A DNA stretch of 57,366 nucleotides from a virus (lineage: Duplodnaviria > Caudoviricetes). Made by a program: the position numbers and the translations under genes. The stretch spans positions 1 to 57,366 of IMG/VR virus record IMGVR_UViG_3300045974_001005; one strand, 5' to 3'. Position 1 is the stretch's first letter, and each line of letters starts with the position of its first letter. The notes beneath the pieces are model-generated. The model was given only the letters and a program-made list of their open reading frames with translations, made no database searches and was not told where the DNA came from. Shown one piece after another: positions 21,001 through 28,282 of this stretch.

Positions 21001-23909
21001 CGCGTTGGCATACTTGCCTCAAGCGGCGCATTGTCGGTGACGTTGGATTGGGCCGTTGGCTGGGCTGGAGCGGAATCGGTTGGGGTATTCGCTACCGATT
21101 CCGCTGCCAAATCTGCGGCTGAATCTGCTGCATTTTGGTCTGCTTCTGCCACCTCGTCCAGGCCGCGCCGCTTGATTTCTGCCTCAATCTTCGGGGCGCG
21201 GGCGTGATCCGCCAGCAAAACCCGTGCGCGCAGCAGGTCGTCATTGCTCATGTCCTTGACCGTTTTACGATTCAGCGACTGGCGTTCTTTGGTGGTATCG
21301 CTGTTGTTGGCCTGCGGCACGGGTACGGGCAGATTGAGCGCTTCGCGTGCGGCGCGAACTTCATCCTGAGTGCGAAATTCCACAACACGGTGCGCTTTGC
21401 GCTTGTTTGGCGACTCGGTAATGGCGGTGTCGCCTTCGATAACCCGGCGCTGGCCATCTTTCTCGAACAGGTCGTGACCATTCAGGTTTTGGCCCACCCA
21501 TTGCCATCCGTCCTGAGAATGGCCACGCGTTTTGATATCGTCCAGCATATGCCAATCATGGTCGATGTCGTGCGGGATCGTGATGACTGAATCGGGTTGC
21601 GCTACCTGTCCTTGTGGTGGTTCCGGTGGTGCTGGTTCAGGCTCGAATGACTTCTCAATTGCTGGTTTTACCTGCGCTTGCCCGTCGCTTTGCGGTGGAA
21701 GGTCGGATTGCGGCAAATCGGCCTGTGGCAATTCCGCTTGTGGCGCGGTTTCAAGCTGCGGGTCTGCCACTTCGGCGGCAGCAGGCTTTGCCATTTGCTT
21801 CAGGTAATAGGCTTTTTGCTCCTGACTCAGCCGAAAAATCTTGCTGCTGCCCTTTTTGTGCAACACCGCGCCATTCGTGGTACGCAAGCGCATGCCTGCG
21901 GCTATCGCATCATCCACGGCTTTCAGATTCGGAGCGCGGGCGTCGGGCTTGGGTGCTTCTTTGCGTTCCGGCACGGCATCAACCAGTTCATTCGGCAAAC
22001 CCTTGACCGGGGTAGTCGCCAGGTCGATTTCGTGATGGTCATCCGGCGTCAATTGCGGATTGATATAGCCATCGCGCCGCAAAGCAGCCAGAAAGGCGGG
22101 CTTTTTGCGCTCCGGGGCAATGGTTTGGTCGTTCAATACAGCGCTACGCAATGCGGCGCGGTTGGCTTCGGCGCGCTGGCGGTTGTCGTGTTCGACTATC
22201 GCATTGGTGATTTGCGCCTGCTGTGCTGCCTGCTGCTCTGCCTGTAGTTGTGCTTCATGTTCGGCCTGACGAGCTTGTGCGTCCCGTTGCGCCTGCTCTT
22301 CGGCCAGCATGGCGTTGAGTTGGGCATCTTCCTGCGCGGCGCGCTCTGCTGCTGCGGCTTGTTTGGCTTGTTGCCATTTTTGCTCTTGTGCGGCTTGCTC
22401 GTCCGACAGTAAAGCTTCGTATTCAGCTTGTTGCTCTGGCGGGATAGCGGTGCGGTCGGCGCGGGCCTGTTCCAACGCCTGGTATTCGGCGATTTCCTGT
22501 GGCGTCAGGCGGCGTGGGACAATCGCAGGCTGTTTGATCAGGTTGCCATCGGCATCCCAGGTCTTTTGCGCCTTTTTGCCGTGGCCGATGGCAACCAGTT
22601 CGGCCATGCGCGCATCGATTTGCGCCAGACTGAGCGGTGCCGGGGTATTTGTGGCTACGGCTGTCGTCGGCGGTATGGCGGGTGGTGTGGCTGGCGTGGC
22701 CTGCGCCTGAATCGCCGCTGCTGCCGCTTGTCCGGCGTTGGCCGCTTGCGACAAGGGGCCGCTGTTCTGCAATTGCACTGGTTCGGGCGCTGGTACGTGA
22801 ACCGGTTCGTGCGTTGGGCTGGCATGATGTGGTTGCATTACGCCCATGCCTGCACCCATTGCGCCGCCAACCAGCATGCCAGTAGCGGCAGCATTGGCGA
22901 CACCCTTGCCCAAATCCGCTTCGCCCTGTGCGATATTCGTAAAATACTGTTCCTGCGCCGATTGCGGCATTTCTTCCAGCACGCCTTCACTGAACGCTTC
23001 CTTGCCCAGCCGCGCCGCCATATTGCCCTTGACGCCGGTCGAGCGTGCGCCAGTTGCCAATCGGGTGGCCGAATCGCCCATCAGGCGTCCGGCACCGTAG
23101 CCGATGCCTGCGGTAAGAGTGCCCGCTGCCACGGCGGGCAATGCATAATCAGACCAGGCGCGGCCAGCGGCTTGCGCATCGTCGGCGATTTGCCCGGCGC
23201 TTTGTGCGCCTTCGGTGGCGGCACCGAGGCCCAGCAATTTGGCTCCGGCAGCTTCCACCGCATCGCTGGCGGCGGCTTTTCCGGCGTTGGTGCCCAAGGC
23301 GGCTTGGGTGGCGTGGGCTGCACTGCGGCCTGCGGCCAGTTCGGCGGCGCTGGCGGCAGCACCTTCGACTGTGGCCAGCGCGGCTTTGGCGGCGATGCCG
23401 CGTGCCACGGCGCTGGTGACGCCCATGCCCGCCAGCATGCCGGGGGCCGATTCTGCCACGCTGCCCAGAATCGCACGCGGGTTGTTGGCGGCAGCGGCCA
23501 GGGTATTCATGAAACCGTCGGCTTGCTGCACCTTGTCGTCGCTGGCTTTTTGGCTGTCACTCAGGTATTCGCCCAGCATGGCATTGGTGGTTTTGGGGTC
23601 ATAGCCGATGGCGCGCATGCCTTGGCCCAGCAAGCCGCCCGTGGCCAGACTGCCGAGCCCAACAGCGGATGCGCCAAGATCGACCGCGCCCTGTGCCAGC
23701 TTGATGCCGACATCGCCTGCTGTGCGCAGCAACCCGGCTTGCGGTACCGCTGGTGCGGGGGGCGCTACCGGGGTATAACCCAATCGGGAGGCCAACTGCG
23801 CCGCATCCATTTCGGGGTGATACACCTGATGATAGGTTTCAAATAAAGTTTGATCGTCCAGATTACTCAATTGCGGGAATTTGCTGCGGATGGTGCTTAA
23901 ATTTGGCAT
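9093..23909 (-). CDS. Giant DarB-like virion-internal polyvalent protein: N6-adenine methyltransferase, SNF2 helicase, zincin-like motif, PLxRFG domain (4938 aa)
   Basis: VLEPSSGSG and IGNPPFG (MTase); DHAVGAGKT, IDEAHEFKNL, GAGTNVQ, EQREGRIIRQGN (SNF2); HELANH; APLSRFG; last gene of the ejection module. Confidence 0.93.
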   Translation of the reverse strand: MPNLSTIRSKFPQLSNLDDQTLFETYHQVYHPEMDAAQLASRLGYTPVAPPAPAVPQAGLLRTAGDVGIKLAQGAVDLGASAVGLGSLATGGLLGQGMRAIGYDPKTTNAMLGEYLSDSQKASDDKVQQADGFMNTLAAAANNPRAILGSVAESAPGMLAGMGVTSAVARGIAAKAALATVEGAAASAAELAAGRSAAHATQAALGTNAGKAAASDAVEAAGAKLLGLGAATEGAQSAGQIADDAQAAGRAWSDYALPAVAAGTLTAGIGYGAGRLMGDSATRLATGARSTGVKGNMAARLGKEAFSEGVLEEMPQSAQEQYFTNIAQGEADLGKGVANAAATGMLVGGAMGAGMGVMQPHHASPTHEPVHVPAPEPVQLQNSGPLSQAANAGQAAAAAIQAQATPATPPAIPPTTAVATNTPAPLSLAQIDARMAELVAIGHGKKAQKTWDADGNLIKQPAIVPRRLTPQEIAEYQALEQARADRTAIPPEQQAEYEALLSDEQAAQEQKWQQAKQAAAAERAAQEDAQLNAMLAEEQAQRDAQARQAEHEAQLQAEQQAAQQAQITNAIVEHDNRQRAEANRAALRSAVLNDQTIAPERKKPAFLAALRRDGYINPQLTPDDHHEIDLATTPVKGLPNELVDAVPERKEAPKPDARAPNLKAVDDAIAAGMRLRTTNGAVLHKKGSSKIFRLSQEQKAYYLKQMAKPAAAEVADPQLETAPQAELPQADLPQSDLPPQSDGQAQVKPAIEKSFEPEPAPPEPPQGQVAQPDSVITIPHDIDHDWHMLDDIKTRGHSQDGWQWVGQNLNGHDLFEKDGQRRVIEGDTAITESPNKRKAHRVVEFRTQDEVRAAREALNLPVPVPQANNSDTTKERQSLNRKTVKDMSNDDLLRARVLLADHARAPKIEAEIKRRGLDEVAEADQNAADSAADLAAESVANTPTDSAPAQPTAQSNVTDNAPLEASMPTRDQIMAHYAQLLAQDGIKNNPLAFYQKFADAVLAKDAYALKWLANGLNNKGKKAFEWATGVKLPRTQNGTWNALKTWAGISEASDAAANARAEATRIAKRQQEDDEMAEREAARQLFRRSKQDDTLISGKEVIDARIAEGFTEIRNISKSAVPKYVLANEASQQYYVLDRIGRTYAQAALRRLAANTQAQSQIVEAPAVASEPAAPATTEPAAPANEATTVWGQDNKLFTANLAEQARAILKAKLRQINMAVFDPELLAAGITLAGFHIEAGARTFAKYSRAMLADLGPEVQPFLRSFYEGVRHFPDFNTKGMTSEADLVAAERIGFDEGDTLIANGKTRVIKEVNQHRIYFTDGTSDWYSNIQQDRPRKVIEAALPGQNQAATEPTDNSATISPEPPAKGETNEHTPVPRQSTPPLGDLAPQEDPRTQASGGIRASAASGSSERQSPDSGTDATPVLPGARSGRSGIETVHPAGTGESALRRHAAVGARTGRRNGREGSRVSSPVPGGGSDGGALETGRLGRVARTPSRSSEVASRGGVEQATSASAIAQADTRVASTIPAINFRITDDIHLGQGGEVAKFNDNLNAIRALRTIELENRRASPMEQAQLARYVGWGGLANAFPAPETGEYKPAWATRGPELAQLLTPKEYAQARRSTLDAHYTSQTVVSAMWQAVQRLGFAGGLVLEPSSGSGNFIGLLPKALHGHTRFIGVELDSLTARIAAKLYPQETILNTGFQKVPLPDDAFDLAIGNPPFGDQSLRFQFKPELNGHSIHNQFFLASLDAVKPGGLLVQVVSRYLLDKKDNSSRTMLAKKARLLAAIRLPDTAFKENARTEVVTDILFLQRFTSQEESDMAAAFAALASKRNPNMEKEQERQTLASQVPAWIDLATIADPLGGEPIEINQYFTINPHMIIGVMERTGPTGFRSDVTVRLESHHDLAEQLQATIQHVPEAVIVPTPDAITAAVARHQDMSAALHIALAGDEQGALRLEPGNVLVQVIERETPEGGHELSKRTLSPASPWSDRLFQDALGRWYSNEVVLDDDGKPVKEKRGDKTINRNVVARKVYATEADIPASLLLGQSRFERLQKLVGLRDLLVEQLNREADNSPADVLEQNRQSLARQYRAFTSDHGLINDPANAALLNDMPDGALILALEFGYRPAISSARAAKIGDQARPSSANPAPILSRRVIVPYIAPASAQSFADALSITLAEQGKVDMARLAELLGMTEPELAQRVQEQEKPLIFQDPESERWETRNDYLSGEVRRKLNAARAAGLQSNIAALETVQPEPWTSEDVTVLLGSTWVPTRTYEDFIFHISGVAAKVTFSQLSNQFHVRILDNQNKRVNANEDEWSADGYSSVELIEALLDNDTISVTYKASNGATVLDREKTDLANLKARAIAKEFEEWAFANSERRNQLVELFNDKFNTRVNRQYDGSHLVLPGKVPDSVTKMRRHQKNAIWRGVYERFLMLDHAVGAGKTYTSIAIAMERRRMGLSQKPLIVVPNHMIEQFTADAYRLYPGAKVLAASKDDMSKERRRRLFAKIATGDFDLIIMAHSSFGFIGIAPETEERFLQVELKQALDAVKEAEDEAQANGHTGFRKPFGVKEAERLVEKITNRLEKVKTRKDKLLTFEQLGIDHLTIDEAHEFKNLFYSSRLTGVRGMNNKLGSQKALDLYNKVRVLRESPTGGVMFMTGTPISNSAVEMYTMMRYLAANELKELGLEHFDAWRAQYVSADAGWEPNETGRLAEVVRLGRTWSNMRSLMDLYYSFTDSVDNDAIKRAYAEDNHGAAFPIPRVMHGDRQSVIIQPTDAQIELLGAIINGFDSLPEIEDPYERNKERLKLMDRARKVSLDVRAVAPTNPSLETGGKLDRVADEVARIYKKWDDDRGTQLVFLDRSVAKSKGDNALIREYDALRKEQTRALQAHADESTLRRIGDKLDAFDAIEIEALRNAQNGGWNAYQQIKDNLLARGIPAHEIRFVQEANTDEQKQALFDAVNDGAVRVLIGSTPRMGAGTNVQQRLVALHHVDVTWKPSDIEQREGRIIRQGNRLLEKYGVDQFEVEILAYATERTIDAKMWSLNAAKLKTINGIRKYDGAFVMEFEDEESVSMAELAALASGDPLLLERVKLMSELDKLELLKRQYLRKQRGVTDKIEQAERDIARLPGQIEQAEQDRLSLLNGFNAMLADVQSRRVVVEGVEYDQHHAAQQAVLASIARQQNGNDKAKFSVSVEKRRLTSDDGAMRAISDALGDANPFASEIGQRRFGGRTDAARAMWEDIKPRIPNLNKQASESVIVGQLLGLPLDISIERGEFAYYASLSLLRLDGSTLASTRMEQRDAGDFHTSIMRGALDYLLRDLERLRGESTITWMQSRLQQANDELPQLLAKKGSGFPEQDQIDTKFARLNQVISELSTGKHAALIDDAANSGDAAVEESPKLSQAARPELAQAGLTHTVQSLIPALSSSLHAYGADFLGNLLATGKLRLIDSDQASTLLQGHDDGAQAPQAAPYAPVAFFNPQDGVTYLIADAISRQASSSALHGLMLHELANHALHLGRATREFKQLLNYFALMKNGNPKVQAAFARAEQVGSSKESMNEEALGYYLEANPELSFAQKVIAWFRSIIRSLGQSLPLLARARWFRAVGMMSAHDLVYAAQRALQRAPQKLAAQHPAQSDTGTKQSATQSVTPAVAFSQAEQASWLISLWKTIAGHEDAYQYPVSHARNLIAVMHDIMPKFKVQPLPETDAKARTTASKQWVVTMEDGKQAFVYEFGRDLQIDASRLLSGSSRGSALYAAVANYAFNTGKVLEGDSAGFSEVAQMRRLENMISTAMKFGTTDHIRPHALQRDPKGPIAKRLGMKGLSWAVGLDQHNLAQMLKASYDYVSSLLPEINHVHLTEYADFTGERGELLGDIDFQKLAARATDRLRQRSALSGTATTAAIGSATIKRAAITGTVLRSESREDGRALLGRIGTELHANIGQAEHILYSRGLAHSLSQSLANAANNVQELQLPAGFVVGDLFNQSGKLNWWHKTIGTMDNLARRQPAFARVYHTIQRFLGDVSRYAVVAADEAPTLLPKLENMRDILGSKRKKPLTAADTQAIAAPIFEGTLLWTRDDNGQAIKISELESRAEGLSLQEKLHILMQKQVIDAEQNRVWQRMNEAGYTALIEKKFADSQLVPGIVWTNAELRDLFRLNEAQIGMYREFRAAIDKSLTNLTISEMVKMGGKDAKPLLDAAMKTANLQEATTLLLEHFQQLAEASGGPDNSGPAKRHLQTAQTIANLAGRAQELMQRGYAPLSRFGRFAVYVQENGEQLYFGLFETAMEAAKMARTMRASHPDAEISQGTLSEDAYKLFAGISPETIELFGSMVGLDTQTDAASTKVYQKYLQLAKSNRSALKRMITRKGIAGFSEDAGRVLASFVYSNARLTAGNVHLGEIDEAVTSIPKEQGQLIDAAMQLREHIRNPESGGTMLGGLMFAQFLGGSVASAMVNLTQPLTMTLPYLSQFGGITKASERLMTAVRDARKDETGDAKLDAALQWASDEGIVAPQEVHYLQAQAAGRGALQSGDGTALGDARAQLNNAIAKVMVGWGKLFAIAELSNRRITFIAAWRTAVAEGFANPAGFARQAVAQTQGVYNSGNKPRWARSSLGGLLMTFKQYSIAYVELLSRMAFAGSPGSPQRAAGRRGALYMLAVLFLMSGMDGLPFEKNLEDLMDGLLQRLGYNFSTKRQKQAFFTDVLGSSGADFAIKGISSLPGMPIDVAGRLGMGNLIPATGLLTKKMSYTQDLGELAGPAGDIAKRAFSGVGKLLDGDLVGAALDVSPQSVRNLAKGADMMASGQYKDARGYKVNDVTPLEGIMKMVGFQPNSTANIQDAKGQALNMIAQTRMRSTEIAEHLAQGIASGDVAMQREARAWRDDWNRKNPETPIKIDMPGVAKRVRAMREDVILRTQHTAPKALKLAVRKELAQ
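12062..12322 (-). CDS. Putative 86-aa overprinted gene nested in the DarB-like gene (alternative frame)
   Basis: MSTSPNMP...WLQELRTDYDNDPRYQELQRLRRLEAQRLKEQL...GERYWDVLAQSYTPI looks like a folded helical protein, while the DarB frame here is R/A/S/G/T-rich. SD is weak. Confidence 0.45.
   Translation of the reverse strand: MSTSPNMPTLPENGANCSETLTSKNWLQELRTDYDNDPRYQELQRLRRLEAQRLKEQLSQVPFYAARAAKMGERYWDVLAQSYTPI
19355..19792 (-). CDS. Overprinted 145-aa gene nested in the DarB-like gene; TnpV-like N-terminus and acidic helical tail
   Basis: Strong SD AAAAGGAGAAACCAATG; ARHHWETWLP...HEAEEVALKQYILLEPE motif; the DarB frame over the same span is a low-complexity S/G/R/P linker. Confidence 0.75.
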   Translation of the reverse strand: MSIPLFRAKARHHWETWLPRKTRELKQAGEFEQALQVAAVNANRLILELMQHQSYRAHEAEEVALKQYILLEPEKVPYDDMPLWEQELEDEMAEKEAEFQALCREEEAMEARWRQEDLEELQERQAEVQKWRQEVGLSKPRQQVQ

Positions 23910-23960
23910 GAATTGCGATCCTGTTTCAATATAGGGGGTGAACCTGGTGGTATGGTGCGA

Positions 23961-25676
23961 TTACAGGCCGTAGCGCGACTTTTTAAGGTCAACCAGTTTG
24001 GCCAAGGCGTTGTTGGCGGCAACTGCACGGCCAAGACGCAAGGACGTTTGATATTGCGATTGCAGGGCGATGAGTTCGGGATCGTTGTCTGCGCGGGATT
24101 CGGCCAGACGTTTGGCTTGATCCTCTGCATCCATTTTTGCGCGCAGTGCCTCGCGCCTTGCGCTCCAGCCTGCGCCATACACGGCATCATCTTTTGCCGC
24201 TTGGGCGGCATTGGCTTCCTGTCGTGCGGCGGTAATGCCTGCCTGAACTGGAAGCATTGCGGCAGGCGGCGCTGATGTGGGGATGCCACCGACGGCCAGC
24301 CGTTTTGCGACTGGCACGGGGACAGGCGGTGAGTTGGGCGCGGTTGCGGGTGCGGGTATGGACAATCCGGTGGCTTGTCCGCTGCCCGTGCCAGCCTGAG
24401 CGGGGCCATGCAGCGAATCGATGATCTTTGCCGCTTGCATCGTCAATACCGCATTGCGCACCGCCATCTGTTTGGCCCCCGGTGAATCGGGTATCCACGA
24501 TGGATCAGTTTGCGCTTTCGCCAAGGCTTGCGAGTTTTGATCCATCTCCTTGTAGATGCTGCTCAATTGCATCTTGATAGCTGGCGGCAAGCTGTCCAGG
24601 CCAACCATGTTGGTGACTTCATCCATGGTCAGCGACCGGCCCAATACCTTTTGCAATTCGGCAATCTTGCCCGAGGGGGTGGTCAAATCCATTTGTTTTT
24701 GTGCCAAGAGCAGGTGCTGGCGTTGTATGTCCCGATTGGCTGCGGCGTCGCTGGTTTGTTGTGCCAGACGTGCGCGCTCCAATGCCAGGGTTCCGGCAAA
24801 GTGATCGCGCTGCATATCGGTTTGGCGCGCTTTATCGACATGTTGCAATTGCCTGTCCATGTCCAGCATCTGGTATTGCGCTTTGGCGACATCCATCACC
24901 GTTTGCGAACCATCGGCATTTTGTACCGTGACAAAATGCGTCGGCACGTCTTGACCATTGATTTTGGTCATGCCTTCCTTGCCGGAAACCACGCGTGCGC
25001 CGCGCATCAGGCCGGTATTGTTGTATTGCGCTACACCTTCGTCATAGCGGCCCTGTCCCATCAATGCCAAGGCATCGTGAATCCCTTCCGACTTCATGCG
25101 GTTAATTTGGCTGACTGCATTGGTGTAGTCAGTAGCGGACAAGGTGCCGCGTGCCATCTTGCTATTGAGGAAGATCAGTTGTTGATCGAGGGCCGAATTG
25201 AAATTGTACGGTTTGGGTAAGCCGGATGGTGCAGCGGTCGCTGCGGTGGCCGTCGTTGCGGCACGCGTGGCCGTTGGCAGTGCCCCCGCTGCGTAGGCAG
25301 CATCAAGCTTCCTGACTGAAGCCACTTCGGCAGGCAAGGACGCGGGAATACCGCTCGGTGTGGCAATGGGTGGCGGGCTGGACGGCTCCGGGTTGGCTGG
25401 CACCGCGCCCGTTTGCGCCGATGGGGCAGGCGCTGCCGTGGCTGTCGTTGGATCAAACTGTTGTTGAATCGCCAGGCGGTCAGCCTCATCGTCGGACAAT
25501 ATTTTGTCCGTTCTGGCCCACTCCTTGCGCTGCCGTTGCCGCGTTTCATCCTGAAAGGCGGCGTCCTGGTCAAAGCGTTGATCCGCTTTTGTGCGGCGTG
25601 CTTCTTCGTCAAGGCGTTGCTTCTCATCCATGTAGCCTTGAAATCCGGCGGCAATCCCGCTCGCATTGATGTTCAT
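23961..25676 (-). CDS. Putative DNA ejection / internal virion protein
   Basis: SD GGAGG, ATGA overlap at 25673-25676; helical Q/A-rich composition; lies between the pilot-like gene and the DarB-like gene. Confidence 0.75.
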   Translation of the reverse strand: MNINASGIAAGFQGYMDEKQRLDEEARRTKADQRFDQDAAFQDETRQRQRKEWARTDKILSDDEADRLAIQQQFDPTTATAAPAPSAQTGAVPANPEPSSPPPIATPSGIPASLPAEVASVRKLDAAYAAGALPTATRAATTATAATAAPSGLPKPYNFNSALDQQLIFLNSKMARGTLSATDYTNAVSQINRMKSEGIHDALALMGQGRYDEGVAQYNNTGLMRGARVVSGKEGMTKINGQDVPTHFVTVQNADGSQTVMDVAKAQYQMLDMDRQLQHVDKARQTDMQRDHFAGTLALERARLAQQTSDAAANRDIQRQHLLLAQKQMDLTTPSGKIAELQKVLGRSLTMDEVTNMVGLDSLPPAIKMQLSSIYKEMDQNSQALAKAQTDPSWIPDSPGAKQMAVRNAVLTMQAAKIIDSLHGPAQAGTGSGQATGLSIPAPATAPNSPPVPVPVAKRLAVGGIPTSAPPAAMLPVQAGITAARQEANAAQAAKDDAVYGAGWSARREALRAKMDAEDQAKRLAESRADNDPELIALQSQYQTSLRLGRAVAANNALAKLVDLKKSRYGL

Positions 25677-26404
25677 ACGCCACCTCCTGCGCCATCCGGG
25701 TAGCCACTGGAACCAGCCAGGACTTGTGTCCACACCGGGCTACCCGTGTTATTGGTGGCCGCACCGCCACCTGTGCCGCTGCCAAAGCTGCCCCAATTGA
25801 CTTTGGATAAGCCATTGGCAACCCCACCGACCAAGGCACCGATGCCGCTGGCGGTTTGGGCGGCTTGCTGATTGCTGCTGCGGGCGATGGCTTCGGCCCC
25901 GGCGCTGGCGTTTGCCAAGCCGGAAGACGCACCGGCAATCAAACCCTTGCCCAAACCTGCCACATCAAGTGTTCGGGCAAAGGCTTTGTCTTTGACGCGC
26001 TCACGCGCCATGTTTTGTTCGACGGCACCCAAGGCTGCACCGCGCAATTCCAGATTAGTGTTGGCCGCATGCGCAGCCGCGCTGGAGGGATCAAGGCCCG
26101 GCGTGCGTGCCAGGCGTTCGCGTGCCAGGCCGATTTGATCCTGCACCGTGGCTTGCGCTTTGCCCGCTGCCTGTTCATAGGCTTGCGGGGTATCGTAGTC
26201 TTGCGCTTGCTTGACCAATTGATGTTCCAGTGGCCGATAGCTGTTTTTGTATTCGTCGTATTGATCCAGCGCGATTTGACCTTGCCAAGCATTGGCGTCA
26301 ATCGCTCGTTGGCTGGCGTCTGCCGCCTTGTTGGCGGCGCGGTTGGAGGCCACGCCCCCGATCACTGCCGCGCCTATTGTGGCTGCTGCTGCCCATGGTG
26401 GCAT
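25673..26404 (-). CDS. Putative DNA pilot / ejection protein
   Basis: N-terminal MPPWAAAATIGAAVIGGVASN and G/A-rich C-terminus typical of podovirus injection proteins; SD GGAG. Confidence 0.75.
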   Translation of the reverse strand: MPPWAAAATIGAAVIGGVASNRAANKAADASQRAIDANAWQGQIALDQYDEYKNSYRPLEHQLVKQAQDYDTPQAYEQAAGKAQATVQDQIGLARERLARTPGLDPSSAAAHAANTNLELRGAALGAVEQNMARERVKDKAFARTLDVAGLGKGLIAGASSGLANASAGAEAIARSSNQQAAQTASGIGALVGGVANGLSKVNWGSFGSGTGGGAATNNTGSPVWTQVLAGSSGYPDGAGGGV

Positions 26405-26406
26405 GG

Positions 26407-26715
26407 TTATTCTCCTTCAATCAAAGTGTGGTCGATCTGATCCGGGTCAGTCAGATCGGTGGCGTGAATGCAAAACCAAACGCTGTCGGTCAGTGCTGTA
26501 ATGGTGTGGACGGCATGGGCCTTGATCGTGATGCAACTGCCTGCGGCAACGTGGCTGGTGACGCCATCGACTTCCACCAGCGCGTCACCCACGGCCAAAA
26601 TGCTCAGGTGGTCAAACGTGTGCTTGTGCGTTTGCGCAAAGTGGCCAGCGGGCAAATGCATTTGCTTGGCATAGACTTTGTTGCCGAAGTGATGTTGAAT
26701 GCGTAAATCAAGCAT
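26407..26715 (-). CDS. Cupin-domain protein
   Basis: HHF...VYAKQMHLPAG...HKHTFDH...H...WFCIHAT cupin metal-binding pattern. Confidence 0.85.
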   Translation of the reverse strand: MLDLRIQHHFGNKVYAKQMHLPAGHFAQTHKHTFDHLSILAVGDALVEVDGVTSHVAAGSCITIKAHAVHTITALTDSVWFCIHATDLTDPDQIDHTLIEGE

Positions 26716-27274
26716 GGGATGCGCCCTTGAACAAGTCGGTTTTGATGCAAACAATCAGGGCAAGGCGCTCTTGCCCGGAATCGTTGATGACGCCATGCTG
26801 AACCGCGTTGGTGAACCAGAAGCAATCACCGTCCTTGGCGGTCAAGTCGCCTTGTGGAAACCGGAAGAGTGCACCAGGCGGGTTTTGGATGGCGATGGTG
26901 AATTTTTCGTAATAGGCGGCATGCCAACCCCGGTCGATGTGGGGATAGACTTTGCCGCCAGGGGGCAGTTTGGTAATCAGGATGCCGCCCAGGCGTTCGC
27001 CTTGAACATAGCGCATCAGGTCAAACACCAGGCCATGCAGTTCCGGCAGCGCATGCCAGGCCGGATACCAGACGGAATCATGGGCATCGGCGAAATGGGG
27101 GCCGATGTTTTGCGGGGCATTGTAGCGAAGCCAAATATCGGACACTTCCCGGTGGGGCGAGTCGGGCGACGTGGTGCGCTGTGGGTGTTGCCCGAATAAT
27201 TCAGGCTGGCGGGCGAGTGCTGCCCGGAGTGGTGCAACGTCGATGTGCTGCGCAATGTGCAAAAAGTCGGGCAT
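26708..27274 (-). CDS. Aspartyl/asparaginyl beta-hydroxylase-like 2OG-Fe(II) oxygenase
   Basis: SD AGGAG; LPPGGKVYPHID (HxD), GDCFWF, HGVIN, terminal RLALIVC. Confidence 0.85.
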   Translation of the reverse strand: MPDFLHIAQHIDVAPLRAALARQPELFGQHPQRTTSPDSPHREVSDIWLRYNAPQNIGPHFADAHDSVWYPAWHALPELHGLVFDLMRYVQGERLGGILITKLPPGGKVYPHIDRGWHAAYYEKFTIAIQNPPGALFRFPQGDLTAKDGDCFWFTNAVQHGVINDSGQERLALIVCIKTDLFKGASHA

Positions 27275-27589
27275 GGGATGCTCCTGTGTTGAAAACAGGC
27301 GCATCGTAAAATCGACTTGCAAAAAACTTGAAATTTTGTTGGTTTTTTGGATTTTTGTTGCGTTTTAGCCAGTCACAGAAGGTATGACTAAATCACCAAT
27401 TGGTTGTGGGAACCATTTATGGATTATCTCACTCCTTTTTTTGATATCAATTGTTTGCAGTTAAATGAACCTGATGGTAGAATGGTGTGAATGTTGCAAA
27501 TATGATGTTTTGTGCAAGCGCCCTTACTTTTCCTGTGTCCTATGCCGTCGGCCATGTCTATGGCTTGGCTTTTTAATATTTTGCAAGTC

Positions 27590-28282
27590 ATGACGGAAAA
27601 AACTAAACCCGCAAAATCGCCCCCGCTGACGCTCGCCGCCTACCAGCGCCTTCATAATGTCATTCAAAGCCTGTCAAATAACTTTGCGAATGGACCGGCA
27701 CACTCCTGCATCTTTTTCAGCATACTAGGAGCGGTGTTGATGCAAAAACACTACAATTTAAACGCGAAAGTTTTTTGTGGTGGTGCTGCTGTGATGCTTG
27801 ATGAGCAACACAAAACGACTCTTTCTTGGTTTGCCCTTGATCCAGACGGTTTTATAACCGTAGGGCCAACAGGCTTTCACGCGTGGATTTCCTGTGACGG
27901 TTGGCTGATTGATCTCACGGCTCCTAATTATCATGAAATGTTTGAGAGTCATACATCGAAAATATTAATGGAGGGATATCAATCAATCCCCTCCATTAAT
28001 GTACCGCGCATGATGTTACAAAAACCGATAGCAGAAACCGAAGGGCAATTTAACCAGATACGTAAAGTTGGGGACTGTATCTTTTTCCCCGACCAGGATT
28101 TAACAACGATGATAATTGATAATGCATTTGAACAAGTCAAGCTAACGGAACTCATTACTATTGCGAGCGCATGGCATCGCCCCCTTCCTCGCCAAATGGC
28201 ACCCACTTTTTCCATTGGTAACATTCGTGGTGAGATCGAAACAATCAGCCTCATAAACCGCGAATTGGAAGGAAAATGGTGA
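27590..28282 (+). CDS. DUF2026-like protein with Cys-His-Asp triad (moron)
   Basis: YQRL...SCIFFS...HY...FHAWISCDGWLIDLTAP; AT-rich; antisense to the late operon. Confidence 0.7.
   Translation: MTEKTKPAKSPPLTLAAYQRLHNVIQSLSNNFANGPAHSCIFFSILGAVLMQKHYNLNAKVFCGGAAVMLDEQHKTTLSWFALDPDGFITVGPTGFHAWISCDGWLIDLTAPNYHEMFESHTSKILMEGYQSIPSINVPRMMLQKPIAETEGQFNQIRKVGDCIFFPDQDLTTMIIDNAFEQVKLTELITIASAWHRPLPRQMAPTFSIGNIRGEIETISLINRELEGKW

Noticed and set aside
22428-23846. 472-aa plus-strand ORF, and the similar 485-aa ORF at 19665-21122, opposite the DarB-like gene
   Set aside because: Antisense shadows of a GC-rich coding strand; no SD or recognisable motifs, unlike the two same-strand nested ORFs.
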